A stretch of 64,000 nucleotides of DNA from Isurus oxyrinchus (lineage: Eukaryota), in NCBI GenBank assembly GCA_026770705.1, contig JANJGN010000189.1, forward strand, positions 558,001-622,000, in the 5' to 3' direction. The notes beneath the pieces are model-generated. The model saw nothing but the letters and a program-made list of their open reading frames with translations, had not been told where the DNA came from and ran no database searches. A program made the translations under genes and the position numbers. Positions 11,426 to 23,254 of this stretch are shown piece after piece; position 1 is the stretch's first letter; the number at the start of each line of letters is the position of its first letter.

Positions 11426-11674
11426 GGTAAACAGAACGTGCTGATTACTGAGCCCCGGAACACAACCAGAGACACAACTAGTGAGGGGGAGACCCCAGCT
11501 CCCCGGGGTCTCTCTGAAGGTGCATTGGGAGGCGATGCTGGACATTGGCACATCGACAATCCCAACGGCCTTCTCTACGCCAATCCCCAAGTATTGAGGA
11601 TGTCCAGTGATGATGGGTCTGTCCACAGGGAAGAGGAGACGGAATACGCACAGATCAGGTTCGAGCATAACTGA
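11426..11674 (+). CDS. Siglec-type terminal cytoplasmic exon, copy 1 (LLYANP ITIM-like; TEYAQI ITSM)
   Basis: Acceptor ttctctgtag, phase 0, GKQNVLITEP...GLLYANPQV...EEETEYAQIRFEHN-stop; motif pair like CD33-type LxYxxL plus TEYxxV/I. Confidence 0.8.
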   Translation, partial: GKQNVLITEPRNTTRDTTSEGETPAPRGLSEGALGGDAGHWHIDNPNGLLYANPQVLRMSSDDGSVHREEETEYAQIRFEHN

Positions 11675-11871
11675 ATGAGAAATGGGGAGTGGGAGTGAGG
11701 AGGTGTGAGGGTTGGGGTAGTGATTGAGATTCCTGGGAACAGGAAACAACCCACTGGGGGAGAGGGGGAGAGAGGGAGGAAGGGATGCGATTGGGCTGCG
11801 GTTGCTGTGGTTTGGAATGAAATGCTTCTCCAGAGAGGACTGGATGCTGAGCCACTGGGGATGGAGATTCA

Positions 11872-11910
<39 letters not shown>

Positions 11911-12254
11911 TCTTTGTCTTTCTTTCTGTGTCTGTCACTCATTCTCTATCTCCAGCTCCTCCTTTAAGATGCCCGTTAATAACTGACTTTGTTGACTCAG
12001 CTGTTGGTCTCCTGTCCCTTATATCTCCTCATGTGCCTCAGAGTCAGGTGAAGATGTGACTAACAATTCCCGGATGAGCCTTGGGACATTTTGCTACATT
12101 AAAGGTCCTATATAAATGCAAGTAGTTGCAGTAAGTCTGATCTGCTTCGATTAACAATGGAACCACAAAGGCTCCTTCGACAGGGCGTGTGTGCAGGAGG
12201 ATCCCAATAAATACATTGAGCTGTGAGATTTTAATTCTTACATCGAATGTGGCT

Positions 12255-12695
12255 GTCACTGGTGATGCCAGCATTAATGCCCATCCCTAATTGCCCTTGA
12301 GAAGGTGGTGGTGATCAGCCTTCTTGACCCGCTGCAGTCCATGTGGTGTAGGTACACCCACAGTGCTGTTAGGGAGGGAGTTCCAGGATTTTGACCCAGT
12401 GACAGTGAAGGAACGATGATATATTTCCAAGTCAGGATGGTGAGTGGCTTGGAGGGGAACTTCCAGGTGGTGGTGTTCCCATGTGTCTGCTGCCCTTGTC
12501 CTTCTAGATGGTAGAGGTCGTGGGTTTGGAAGGTGCTGTTGAAGGAGCCTTGCTGAGTTGCTGCAGTGCATCTTGTAGATGGTACACACACTGCTTCCAC
12601 TGTGTGTTCGTTGTGGAGGGAGTGAATGTTTAATGTGGGGGATGGGGTGTAGATCAATCGGGCTGCTTTGTCCTGGATGGTGTCAAGCTTCTTGA
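12255..12695 (-). mobile_element. CR1/L2-group LINE 3' end
   Basis: CTIYKMHCSNSARLLQQHLPNP...KSWNSLPN...HHHLLKGN; related copies at 15485-15735 (+) and 27130-28170 (-). Confidence 0.8.
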
Positions 12696-12828
12696 TTCTG
12701 TGCTTTGTATAGAACTGATTTAAAGAGACAGTCCCAGTCGTTGGTCTAAGATTACAGTGGGCTCTGTGTCTGTGCTACACTGACTCTCTGCTATATGATA
12801 ACCACAGTGTGATATTTTGTTATTACAG

Positions 12829-12910
12829 GAGAAAGACAGCGATGGAGGAGAGAGTTTCAGGGACCAGTGACATTGCATTGACCCCCAGTCCACTCTCTGT
12901 GAAACACCAG
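12829..12910 (+). CDS. Orphan membrane-proximal cytoplasmic exon (RKTAMEERVSGTSDIALTPSPLSVKHQ)
   Basis: Acceptor tattacag, phase 2 in and phase 0 out (GT at 12911); basic start typical after a TM exon; splices in frame to 14359; no TM exon found upstream. Confidence 0.6.
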
Positions 12911-13045
12911 GTACAGGAGCTGTTTACACTCACTCCAAAGCTTCAATCTCAGTGTGTAGACAACACATGTCCCAGATTCCCAGCCCAGTTACCCACTGAT
13001 TTGTACCTGTGGAGTCAGCAATGGTTCAGTATCATGCTGTCTCTC

Positions 13046-13803
13046 TGTTATGACACAGCAACTGGTAAAGGCTGTTGTTTAAAATCCCAGAGGGAAACTT
13101 TAAACAACTGTCATAACCTATATTTCCCAGTGGAATGTTTGAGATGCAGCTCTAAATTCAGGAATAAGACCATCAGTTCTTGAGATGGGTTTATATCAAA
13201 CTACATGAGACATTTATTAATTTTCACAAGTTAATCATATGCACATGGCTACAAACTAGTATTATCATAACTATTTAACAAATTCCCAAACTAACGTCCT
13301 CTAAGACAACCCATAGACTTTAAGCAGATTCCAAGCGAAGCATTTTCACCTCAGAAATTCCAAATGAGGTTCCTTTCACTTTGGTTCCTTTGCAGACAGG
13401 TGTAGGCTTACAGCTGCTTTGATGTTACAAGCCTCTGCTCTGCACACACAAAACTGCTCAAGTTATACCCAGCTCTTCTCTTTGAATGTAAATTCTCATT
13501 GTATCATCAGGACCTTTGACCTCCATCTCTTCTAACTATAAATCCCGTTTCATAGTATCAATTTTATTAGTAATATAAACATTGATTGGTTTAAGAATTC
13601 ACTCCCAGGCTTTGAATCCTCCTTTTAAAAATGCAATATGCCTCTTTACCTCTTTGTTTACATCTCAAAACTACTATACATAAAAGTACTCAGACCGGCT
13701 GTCTTTAATCCAATTAAAACACACACACACACACCCACAGACTAAACCTCTGTTTAAAAAGACAATTTCCAATTACAATACATACATTAATAGATTCATA
13801 ACG
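13046..13803. mobile_element. Probable solo LTR
   Basis: Termini TGTTATGA...TCATAACG; homologous along its length to 17418-18245. Confidence 0.6.
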
Positions 13804-13934
13804 CTCAGTCTCTGACCCTTCATCTCTCTCTCTCTCTCTCATCCTCTCTCTGATTACAAGATTCATGTTATTGAGCCTCACACCAGGCACCTGAGTGCAG
13901 AATCCAAGCCGACACTGGCCAGAGCCATTACCGA

Positions 13935-14215
13935 GGGAGTGCAAGACTGACAGAGGGTCAGTACTGAGGGAGTGCTGCACTGTCAGAGGGTCAGTACTGA
14001 GGGAGTGCTGCACTGTCAGAGGGTCAGTACTGAGGAAGACCTGTACTGTCGGAGGGTCAGTACTGAGGGAGTGCTGCACTGCTGGAGGGTCAGTACTGAG
14101 GGAGCGCTGCACTGTCGGAGGGTCAGTACTGAGGGAGTGCTGCACTGTTGGATGGTCAGCATTGAGGAAGTGCTGCACTATCGAAGGGTCAGTACTGAGG
14201 GAGCACTGCACTGCC
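13935..14215. repeat. 33-bp SINE-derived minisatellite
   Basis: gggtcagtactgagggagtgctgcactgtcaga units. Confidence 0.9.
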
Positions 14216-14358
14216 ATAGGTGTTTTCTTTCATAAGACATGTGAGAGAGGGTTAAACCCACTGACCCACGACTGACACTAACGAGGCTGCAGAATATTTT
14301 AACCCTATCAGTGCCAGTAAATGATGTGAGGATGCCTTCTGTTTCCATTTCTCTGTAG

Positions 14359-14607
14359 GGTAAACAGAACGTGCTGATTACTGAGCCCCGGAACACAACC
14401 AGAGACACAACTAGCGAGGGGGAGACCCCAGCTCCCCGGGGTGTCTCTGAATGTGCAGTGGGAGGCGATGCTGGACATGGGAACCCTGACAATCCCGACG
14501 AGCTTCTCTACGCCAATCCCCAAGTCTTCAGGGTGCCCAGTGGTGATGGGTCTGTCCACAGGGAAGAGCAGACGGAATACGCACAGATCAGATTCAAGAG
14601 AAACTGA
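14359..14607 (+). CDS. Siglec-type terminal cytoplasmic exon, copy 2 (ELLYANP; QTEYAQI)
   Basis: Paralog of 11426-11674 including flanks; phase-0 acceptor; ends IRFKRN-stop. Confidence 0.8.
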   Translation, partial: GKQNVLITEPRNTTRDTTSEGETPAPRGVSECAVGGDAGHGNPDNPDELLYANPQVFRVPSGDGSVHREEQTEYAQIRFKRN

Positions 14608-14806
14608 GCGTGAAAAAGGCAGAGGTGGTCAGGAGGTTTGTGGATGGTGGCAGGGATGAAGATTCTTGGGAACATGAGACAACCCACTGGGGGAGAGGGG
14701 GAGAGAGGGAGGAAGGGACTGAATGGGTCTGTGGTTGGTGTGGTTTGGAATGAAATGTTTCCCCAGTGACGACTTGATGCTGAGTCATTGGGGACAGAGA
14801 TTCAGT

Positions 14807-14986
14807 NNNNNNNNNNNNNNNNNNNNNNNNNNNNNNNNNNNNNNNNNNNNNNNNNNNNNNNNNNNNNNNNNNNNNNNNNNNNNNNNNNNNNNNNNNNNNN
14901 NNNNNNNNNNNNNNNNNNNNNNNNNNNNNNNNNNNNNNNNNNNNNNNNNNNNNNNNNNNNNNNNNNNNNNNNNNNNNNNNNNNNNN
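14807..14986. other. Assembly gap (Ns)
   Basis: Run of N, at the position of the (CT)n tract seen in the paralogous 3' UTR near 11875-11910. Confidence 1.
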
Positions 14987-15739
14987 ATTAACTGGCTTTG
15001 TGAAATCAGCTTTTTGTCACCTGTCCCTAATACCTCATTATGTGTCTCTGAGATGGATTTATATGTAGGTAACAATCCCCTGAAGAGATTGGGGACAGTT
15101 TGTTACATTAAGTGTGCCATATAAATGCAAGTTGTTGCAGGAAAGTTGATCTGCCTCGATTCAGAATGGTAATTCGGAGGGTCCATCGACAGGGCGTGTG
15201 TGCAACAGCCTCGCAATAAATGCATTGCACGGCAACAACTAAGCATGTCCTTTGATGCTGATGCATCCCAGTACTGCTGTGTGGACACATCACAACCGAG
15301 GGACTGCCTGACTGCGTGCAGCCAACATGGCCGAATAGTAATTAGCAGAAATGTGATGTCACTGAACTTTGTTGACATTTCAGAAAGTGCTTTCTGAATT
15401 CTGCAACTTGTTTATTCTGTGATAGATTACAAGAAGCCTTTGCATTTTCTATAATATTACATTTATTGTCACAAGGGATTGAAATGCCCAGACACCACCA
15501 CCTGGAAGTTCGCCTCCAAGACACACATCATCCTGATTTTGAAATATATCGCCGTCCCTTCACTGCCACTAGGGTCAAAATCTTGGACTTCCTTCTCTAA
15601 CTGCATTGTGGGTGTACCTACACCACATGGACTGCAGAGGGTCAGGAAGGCAGCTCACCACCACCTTCTCAAGGTAATTAAGGATGGGCCATAAATGCTG
15701 GCCTAGCCAGTGATGCCCACTTCCCATGGAAGAATGAAT

Positions 15740-18665
15740 ATATAAAATATAAAGTTGGAACAAATGAATGAAGTTATAGCACAAATAGAGATTAATGGGT
15801 ACGATAAGATGGACACTGCAGAGAGTTGGTTGCAAAGTGACCAAGGTTGGAAATTGAAAATTGAAGGATATTTGGAATCTTTGAAAGGATAGGAAAAATG
15901 AAAAGGAGGTGGGGTAGCTCTCTTAATAAAAGATGAGACCTGTAAAGTAGTGAGAAATGATTTTGGCTCAGATGTCAAGATGCACAGTCAGTTTGGGTGA
16001 ACATAAGGAATTGCAAGGGAAAGAAATCACTGGTGGGTTGGTTTATACTCCCCCCTGAATGTAGTTACACTGCAGGGGTAGATTATAAATCAATACATGA
16101 GGAGGTTTATGAGAAAGGCACCACATTAATCATGGGAGTTTTCAATCGTCATATGGATTAGCCAAATCAGATTAGCAAATGTAGCTTTCAGCGAGGTTAT
16201 ACAGATTGTATTCAGGACAGTATTTTAGAACAATCCAACATGGAACCAACCAGGGAAGAGGCTGTTTTAGTCCTGGCAATGTTTAATGAGACAAGACTAA
16301 TTAACATCTCATTGAAAAGGACCCTCAAGGGAAGATTAATCATACGGTGTTGAAATTTAATATTCAGTTTAGAAACTTGGGTCTTAAGCTAGTGTCATAA
16401 ACTTAACTAAAGGCAATTACAAGGGTTAAAAGTAGAGTCGGCCCAAGTAGAGTGGGACAGCAGGTTAAAGGGGGGTGGGTAGGTGAAGAGTAATAGGCAT
16501 CTAAAGAGATGTTTCATAAATTCCAATGAAGATATTTTCCAGTAAGAAAGAAAGAATCTATAAAAAGGATGGAGCATCGGTGGCTAACTCAGGAAGCTAA
16601 GGACGGTATCCAATTGTGAGATAAAGCCGGCAATGTTGGGATGCTTAGTGATAGGCTGGAGATTGGGAATATTTGAGAAACCAGAAAAGTGAGGGAAGAA
16701 ATATAAGGAGGCAGAAATGATGATATGAGAGTAAACTAGCAAGAACCATAAACAATGACAGTGAGATGTTGTACATTAAAATAAGAGAGAAGCTACAGTA
16801 ATAATGGGACACAGAGAAAATCAGACTGGGGAATTAATAATGGGAAACAAGGAAATGACAGAGACTTTCAACAAGAATTTTGTGTCTGTCTTCACAGTAA
16901 AAATCTCTAAAACCATCCCAATAGCAGGAGAAAGTCACGGTGCAACAAGGAGGGAGGAACATAAAACAATCACTATCACCAGAGAAAAAGTATTAAGAAA
17001 ACTAATGAGACAGATGCTGACAAGTCCCATGGAGCAGACGGCCTGAATGTGAGGGTCTGAAAGGAAATGGCTGCAGAGACAGTGGATGCATTGGTTGTAA
17101 TCTTCCAGAATTCCTTAGATTATGGGAAGGTCCCAGCGCATTGGAAAAACATAAATAAAACACCTCTGTTCAATAAAGGGAGGAGGCAGAAAGCAAGAAA
17201 CCACATGTCAGTTAGTCTAATATCTGTCATTGGGAAAATACCAGAATTCATTATGAAGGAGGGAGCAGCGGGACATTTAGAAAACCATAATTCAATCAGA
17301 CAGAGTCAACATGGGTTTGTGAAAGGGATATCATGTTTGAAAAATAATTAGATTTCCTCGAGGATGTAACAAGTGGATTGGATAAAGTGGAACCTGTAGA
17401 AGTGGTGTATTAGGGACTATGACACAGCCAAGGGTAAAGGCTGAGTTGTTCAAATCCCAGAGGGAAAATTGAAACAACTGTCATAACCCAATCTTGCTGT
17501 TTGTAATTTCGAGATGAAAACTTTGAATTCAGTAGGAATTAGACCACCGAGGATTTTGAGTTTTTTTATATAAAACTAAATAAACCATTTATTAATTTAA
17601 CAACAAATTTAAAACATACACATTGGCTACAAATAACTACTATAATAAATTTTTAACAAATCCCCCAATTAATCACCCCCATGTAAATCTCTACTAAGGC
17701 AACAATGAACCATTGACATAATATAGACACCAGGCAAAGCACATTTGACATTACGAGTTCCGAATGAGGTTCCTTTGCAAGTTGGTTGGAGGCTACAGGC
17801 TGGTTAGGTCTGAAATGCTCCTGCCTCACACACACAAACTCCTTCCTTTATATAGCTAGCTTTCCCTTTGAATGTAAATTTTCCATTGTATCACTCGGAC
17901 TTCTGAACTCCAGCTCTTTGAACAATAAAACCCCCTTTCATTGCACCAATTTCATTAGTAAGTTCAAGAAAAAACACATCTTTTGGCTCCTTCTAACTAG
18001 GTGCAAGATTTTACCCCCAGTCTGGAATGGTTTATTCAACAATTGCAAATAAACACTTTACTGTTCTCCTCACAATTCACCCAATTAACATCTCAAAACT
18101 ACTAAACATCAAAGCACACAGACCAGCTGGCTTTAATCCAATTAAGACACACACAGACACACACCTATACATGGACCACCACTAGAATTCTATTTGAAAA
18201 TATAATTTCCAAGCACATTTTACACACAAATATCTCTTCATGACATTGGATTTCCAAAAGGCTTTCGATAAGGTGCCACATCAAAGGATACTGCACAGGG
18301 TGAAATTGGATGGTGTTGGGGGGGATATATTAATACGGATAGAGGACTGGCTAACTGACAGGAAACAGAGAGCCAGGATAAATGGGTGATTTTCAGCTTG
18401 GTAAACTGTAACTAGTGGAGAGCCACAGGGATCAGTGCTGAGGCCTCAACTATTCACAATCTACATTAGTAACTTGGATGAAGGGACTGACTGTACTGTA
18501 GGCAGATTTTCTGACTGTATGGTGAAGATAGGTAGGAAATATATAAGCTGAGCAGGAAAGCAAGTTGTGAGGAGGACACAAAGAGGCTGCAGAGGGAGAT
18601 AAATAGTTTCAGTGAGTGGATAAAAAAATGAGTGGATGGAATATAAGGTGGGAAAATGTCAGGGT
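15740..18665 (+). mobile_element. Degenerate CR1 LINE ORF2 (endonuclease + RT), interrupted by an LTR
   Basis: GGGVAL endonuclease motif near 15905, IFQNSLDYGKVP..W...QSQHGFVKG, DFQKAFDKVPH, QGSVL; many stops. Confidence 0.9.
17418..18245. mobile_element. Probable solo LTR nested in CR1
   Basis: Splits the CR1 RT motif VVY/LDFQKAFD; ends TCATGACA; similar to 13046-13803. Confidence 0.7.
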
Positions 18666-18761
18666 GTCCAGCTGATCCTACTTGTTCTGTTCTTATATTC
18701 TTATACAGACACAGGGTTTACTGACAGTGCACAGCAAAGTGCTGTTCACTCACTTTGTTCC

Positions 18762-18902
18762 AACTTCCTCTTTTTGTCTCACAGTGACGCATCAGCCTTT
18801 TCTAATTTAATACACAGATGGATCAGCACAGGATGAGGTCATTCAGCCCAAGCAGAGCGTGTGGGCAGTTCCTCCCCAGGCGAGCAGTCGGACAGGTCCT
18901 GG
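18762..18902 (+). promoter_or_regulatory. Putative promoter and non-coding exon 1 of Siglec-like gene B
   Basis: PU.1/ETS box (reverse complement AAAAAGAGGAAGTT, 18762-18775); donor GTAAGT at 18903; block repeated at 29170 and 35326. Confidence 0.6.
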
Positions 18903-19335
18903 GTAAGTAACGGAACGATTGGAATTCACTTCCACCACCAACACCGTCCTTTGTTGATGTTGTGACTTTATAAAGACAGATTCCAATGATTGATGCCTTT
19001 GAAATATTTCTACTGATTATTGAGATCTGGGTGTGAGGCTCAAGTCTGTTGTACAGAACATCTTTCTAGCTCAAGGGATATGAGCGTGGGGACGTCCTGA
19101 GGTGGTGAAAGGTGCTATAGAAATGCAAGTCCTTCATTGTTTTTCTTTCTTAAAGCCTTGTAACTCTCTGCAGAGCACCTATCATCCCACAGAGAATCAA
19201 ATTAGTCTGTGAAGATATTGTCTAAAAGCAGTTCTGATCTCTCAAGAGCATTCGGACAAGAGGTGAAGTCTCATTAACTCCTTTCTCTTTCAGAACTTCA
19301 GAGTTAGAAGCTGAGGAAATATCTGGGAGTGGACA

Positions 19336-19375
19336 ATGATCGGGAAATCTTACTTCCTCCTGTCACTTCTCCAAG
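19336..19375 (+). CDS. Siglec-like gene B, signal-peptide exon (MIGKSYFLLSLLQ)
   Basis: Acceptor at 19293, ATG 19336, phase-1 donor GTAATA at 19376, in frame with the V exon. Confidence 0.85.
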
Positions 19376-20247
19376 GTAATACCATTGTCAGCTCGGACAG
19401 ACTTATGGTTAATAGTCTTTGTTAAAGATCATTCTTATTGAGCTCTGATAGGGAACTGATTCAGCAGTGATCCAGTGTACAAACTCACACCAAGTCCCAT
19501 TCAAACATCAGCCCTGTGCTCACTGATATACACTGACTCCCTGTCTGACAGCAGAATTGGTGGAGACCAGTGGTCTTGAAGGGTTGTAGGGGCTGGAGGA
19601 GTTTAAAGGGATAGGCAGGTTTGTAGCAGCGAGAGCAGAATCTTGAAATTCAGGTGCTGTCAGACGTTGGTCAGTGAGCGATGGGGAGTGATGGGTTGAG
19701 TAGAGAAGCAGGGATAAAAACTGGGGGATGAAGTCTATCCTAATGTTAGGTCTCCGATAGCAATGGCCTGAAATTTGTATCCTTTGCTGCCTTTATTCAA
19801 AATTTCCCATGAAGACAACACAGCAGCTCCTAGAATAGACAGGCTGTTCAGTGTCACACTTCCTGTCCATTCTCACCTTGCTAGATACTTCAATAAGGGA
19901 GCAAGATAACTGAAAGAGAGAAGGGAGGCAAAGCTGTCTGTGTGTAAAGGTGTCAAATATTCTGAGTTATCATGATTGTCTCTGATCTGCTGCAGAGTTT
20001 AAATTTCACAGAATCTGGGCACTTTGCAGCTCAGAGAGAGACCATTGCCTCACTGCCTGAAAGGGCGGTGGAAGCAGATTCAACAGGAACTTTCAGAAGG
20101 GGAACTGGATAAATTCTTGAAGGGAAATTTGCAGGAATGTGCGAAAGGTGTTGGAGAGGAATTGGGAAAGAGTCAGCACATGCACGATGAGTCACATGAG
20201 CTCCTCCTGTGTTGTATCAATCAACAATCAGACAGTTTAAGACCCTT

Positions 20248-21530
20248 ATCAGCAAATCTTCAGAATCCTGCTGAATCACAGATGTTTCAGAAGGACAGGG
20301 AACACAAGGTTTTTGGTATCAACACTTCATGTGGGGCCCAGTTCAGTTGGAACAAAAAAAATGACAACACCATCTTTGAAAGTCATGAACCAAACACAGC
20401 GGCACCTCCGACACATGCAGAGCTCAGGCTAGAGGCGCTTTGTTAGTGTGTTTCACAGTGTCAGCTGGAGTAGGGTCAGTGCTGATCTTGGGGACAAGTC
20501 AGTCTACAATGCTGCATCGGAATCAACAATACAACAATATGGGGTTTGGATCAGAAATAATCCCTTAGACAATGAGGATCCAAAGAGATTCCTTAGACAA
20601 TGAGGATCCAAAGAGATTCCTTAGACAATGAGGATCCAAAGAGATTCCTTAGACAATGAGAATCCATAGAGATTCCTTAGACAATGAGGATCCAAAGAGA
20701 TTCCTTATTCCATTGGTTGTCTAACTGGGGTCCATGATTTTCCAAGGGGTCCTTGGCAGAATCAAATTATCGAGCAATAGTGTGTAAAATACCGGAGAGA
20801 ACGGGAAAGGTGGGATCAATGGAAAACTGTTCACTCTGTTTACACTAATGGGAGTTAGTCTCAGTAATGGAGACCATGAAACTATCATCGATTGTCATAC
20901 ACACTCATCTGGTTCACTAATGGCCTTTAGGGAAGGAAATCTGCCATCTATATCTGGTCTGGCCTACATGTGACTCCAGACTCATAGCAACGTGGTTCCT
21001 CTGAAATGTCCGAGCAAACCATCCAGTTCTCACCATGCTAGAAACTTCAATAAGGGAGTAAGATAACTGAAAGAGAGAAGGAAGGTAAAGCTGCTCATGT
21101 GGATAGATGTCAAATATCCTGAGTGATCATGATTGTCTCTACTCTGCTACAGAGATTATGTCACGGGACATTAGAGATGGGCAGCAAATGCTGGCCTTGG
21201 CAGCGACGCCCACATCCCATGAATGAATACATTTACAAAATCTTATTACTTGGAAGGTGCAAGTGCAGGTTGTTATGATCCTTGAGCAGACCCTCTCAGC
21301 ACTGACCCTACTCCAGCAGACCCTGTGAAACACACTAACAAAGTGCCTCTAGCCTGAGCTCTGCATGTGTCGGAGGTGCCGCTGTGGTGGGTTCATGACT
21401 TTCAAAGATGGTGTTGTTTATTTGTTCAAACTGAACTGGGCCCCACACAAAACGCTGATACCAGAAACCTCTTGTTCCCTGTCCTTCTGAAATATCCGTG
21501 ACTTCAGCAGGATTCTGAAGAGTTGCTGAT
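20248..21530. repeat. Imperfect inverted repeat, arms 20248-20485 and 21296-21530
   Basis: Arms are reverse complements; opposite-strand ORFs share NTIFESHEPxTAAPPTHAELRLEALC. Confidence 0.9.
20563..20707. repeat. 28-bp tandem repeat, 5 copies
   Basis: ccttagacaatgaggatccaaagagatt x5, no spacers. Confidence 0.95.
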
Positions 21531-22399
21531 GGAGGAACAGACACCCAATTTTTTTGAAAATTTATAGTTAGGAACCAATAATATTTTGTTTCAAGTAGAC
21601 GAGGTTTGAGATATAAGACGCTTGCAAAGAGAATAAAGCTACAAGATTCCATGGATTTTAAACAAACAAAAATAAACTTGACTGCCCCAGTTCAGAAAGA
21701 TAAAATAATTCACAATATCCACCTTATACCCTAACATTCTGGATTAACATGAGCTCATGTGAATTAACAGGCAAACTGTGGTCTCACAGCCACATTACTC
21801 ATTAAATTGTAAACGCGACCAAGATAGAGCCCATGGATTTCACAACAACACACCCGGATATCAGTGAACACTGTCAGTCAACCAATCTCACTGAAACTCT
21901 GTTTCTCTCATGAGGGATTCCAATCTTCAACTTCGAAGATCTTGCCTTGGAATTCTCTCCAAAAGTCGCTTCAACTCGGATGGCCTCAGTGACGTTCCAC
22001 CTCACAGGGTTTCCATCTCTTCTCCTGAGGCTCCATTGCCCTGGATTCCCGACTATATACTCAAGCACCACTAGGTTTAGATGAAATGTTTTGATTGACT
22101 GGGTAGACAGAGAATGTTCCCTCTTGTGGGAAGGAGAATAACTAGAGGCCGAGTGATTGGTGATTCCTTAAACATTGAAGAGGGAATGAACACCAATCAG
22201 ATTGGCTAATCTGATTCAATCAGCTGTGTTGAAGAGCAGACAGGAATGTTAGGCTAATTAGTGATTCATGACGGTGATAATGGGGGGAGTTCTGAGGGCT
22301 CCTAATCCATTGTCCTGTCTTGTAAATCAGCACCGAATGGATCTCAATTAGTGCGTCTTGTAGACACTGTGTTGGGTAGAAGACTGGCTTCACTAAGGG

Positions 22400-22660
22400 G
22401 AAGCGGTAGCAGAGAGGTATTGTCACTGGGCTAGTATTCCAGAGACCAAGGGTGATGCTCTGGGGCCCTGGGTGTGAATTCCATCACGGCAGATGAATGG
22501 GATTAAAAAGCCTGGTTCACTGATCACCATAAGGGAAGGAAATCTGCGACCCTTACCCAGTGTGCCCTACATGTCACTCCAATCCCACCGCAATGTGGTT
22601 GACTATTAAATGCCTCTGATGGACATGGGATGGGTAATAAATCCCATGAATGAATAATTT
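22400..22660 (+). mobile_element. tRNA-derived SINE (degenerate)
   Basis: A/B-box-like head followed by agggaaggaaatctgc...gcaatgtggttgact core also seen at 20925 and 57020. Confidence 0.55.
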
Positions 22661-22888
22661 GAAAAAACTAAATAGAGTCCTGAGGACCAGGAGCCAAGGT
22701 AGAATGAACTTGTCCACTCCTGTGTCCAGGACTCTCATCGATCCATTGTGAAACCTTGGGGAGTTACTTGTGTGTCCTGTAGATGGTCCAAACTGCAGCC
22801 ACTGTGCCCCAGTGATGGAGGGAGTGGATATCAAGAATTATGGATCGAAAAAACATCCAGAGTTAAATATTGATTTTTCTCTCCCCAG

Positions 22889-23254
22889 TTGGACTGTCAC
22901 AAGAGTGGAAAGGTGATACTCCACGAGAGGTGACAGCGCAGGAAGGTTCGTGTGTACAGATTCCATGTCATTACAGTTATCCAGCACATTTGGACAGCCA
23001 ACCACGAGGTGGAGTCTGGTTTAATAATGAGGAACGGAGAAGATTGTCCATAGCCTTTCACTCCAAGGATCACCGTCACGAGTTACCACGGTTCCACCAT
23101 CGGACCCGGCTGTCTGGAGACCTGAAAGATGGCAACTGTTCCCTGATTATAAACAACATCAGACGGGAAGATGCAGGACCTTATTTTTTCAGAATAGAAT
23201 TTGACAATGGTCCGCGCTATAACTATTACCCTGTAACCCGGCTTCACATTTCTG
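22889..23254 (+). CDS. Siglec-like gene B, V-set sialic-acid-binding domain exon
   Basis: 366 nt, phase 1/1; EGSCVQIPC, E-strand Cys (GNCSL), EDAGPYFFRIE with the essential Arg. Confidence 0.95.

Noticed and set aside
14723-15124. ORFs spanning N runs (also 25368-26160)
   Set aside because: Length is due to assembly gaps
20563-20707. 28-bp repeat as a CRISPR array
   Set aside because: Head-to-tail copies without spacers, no cas genes, vertebrate context
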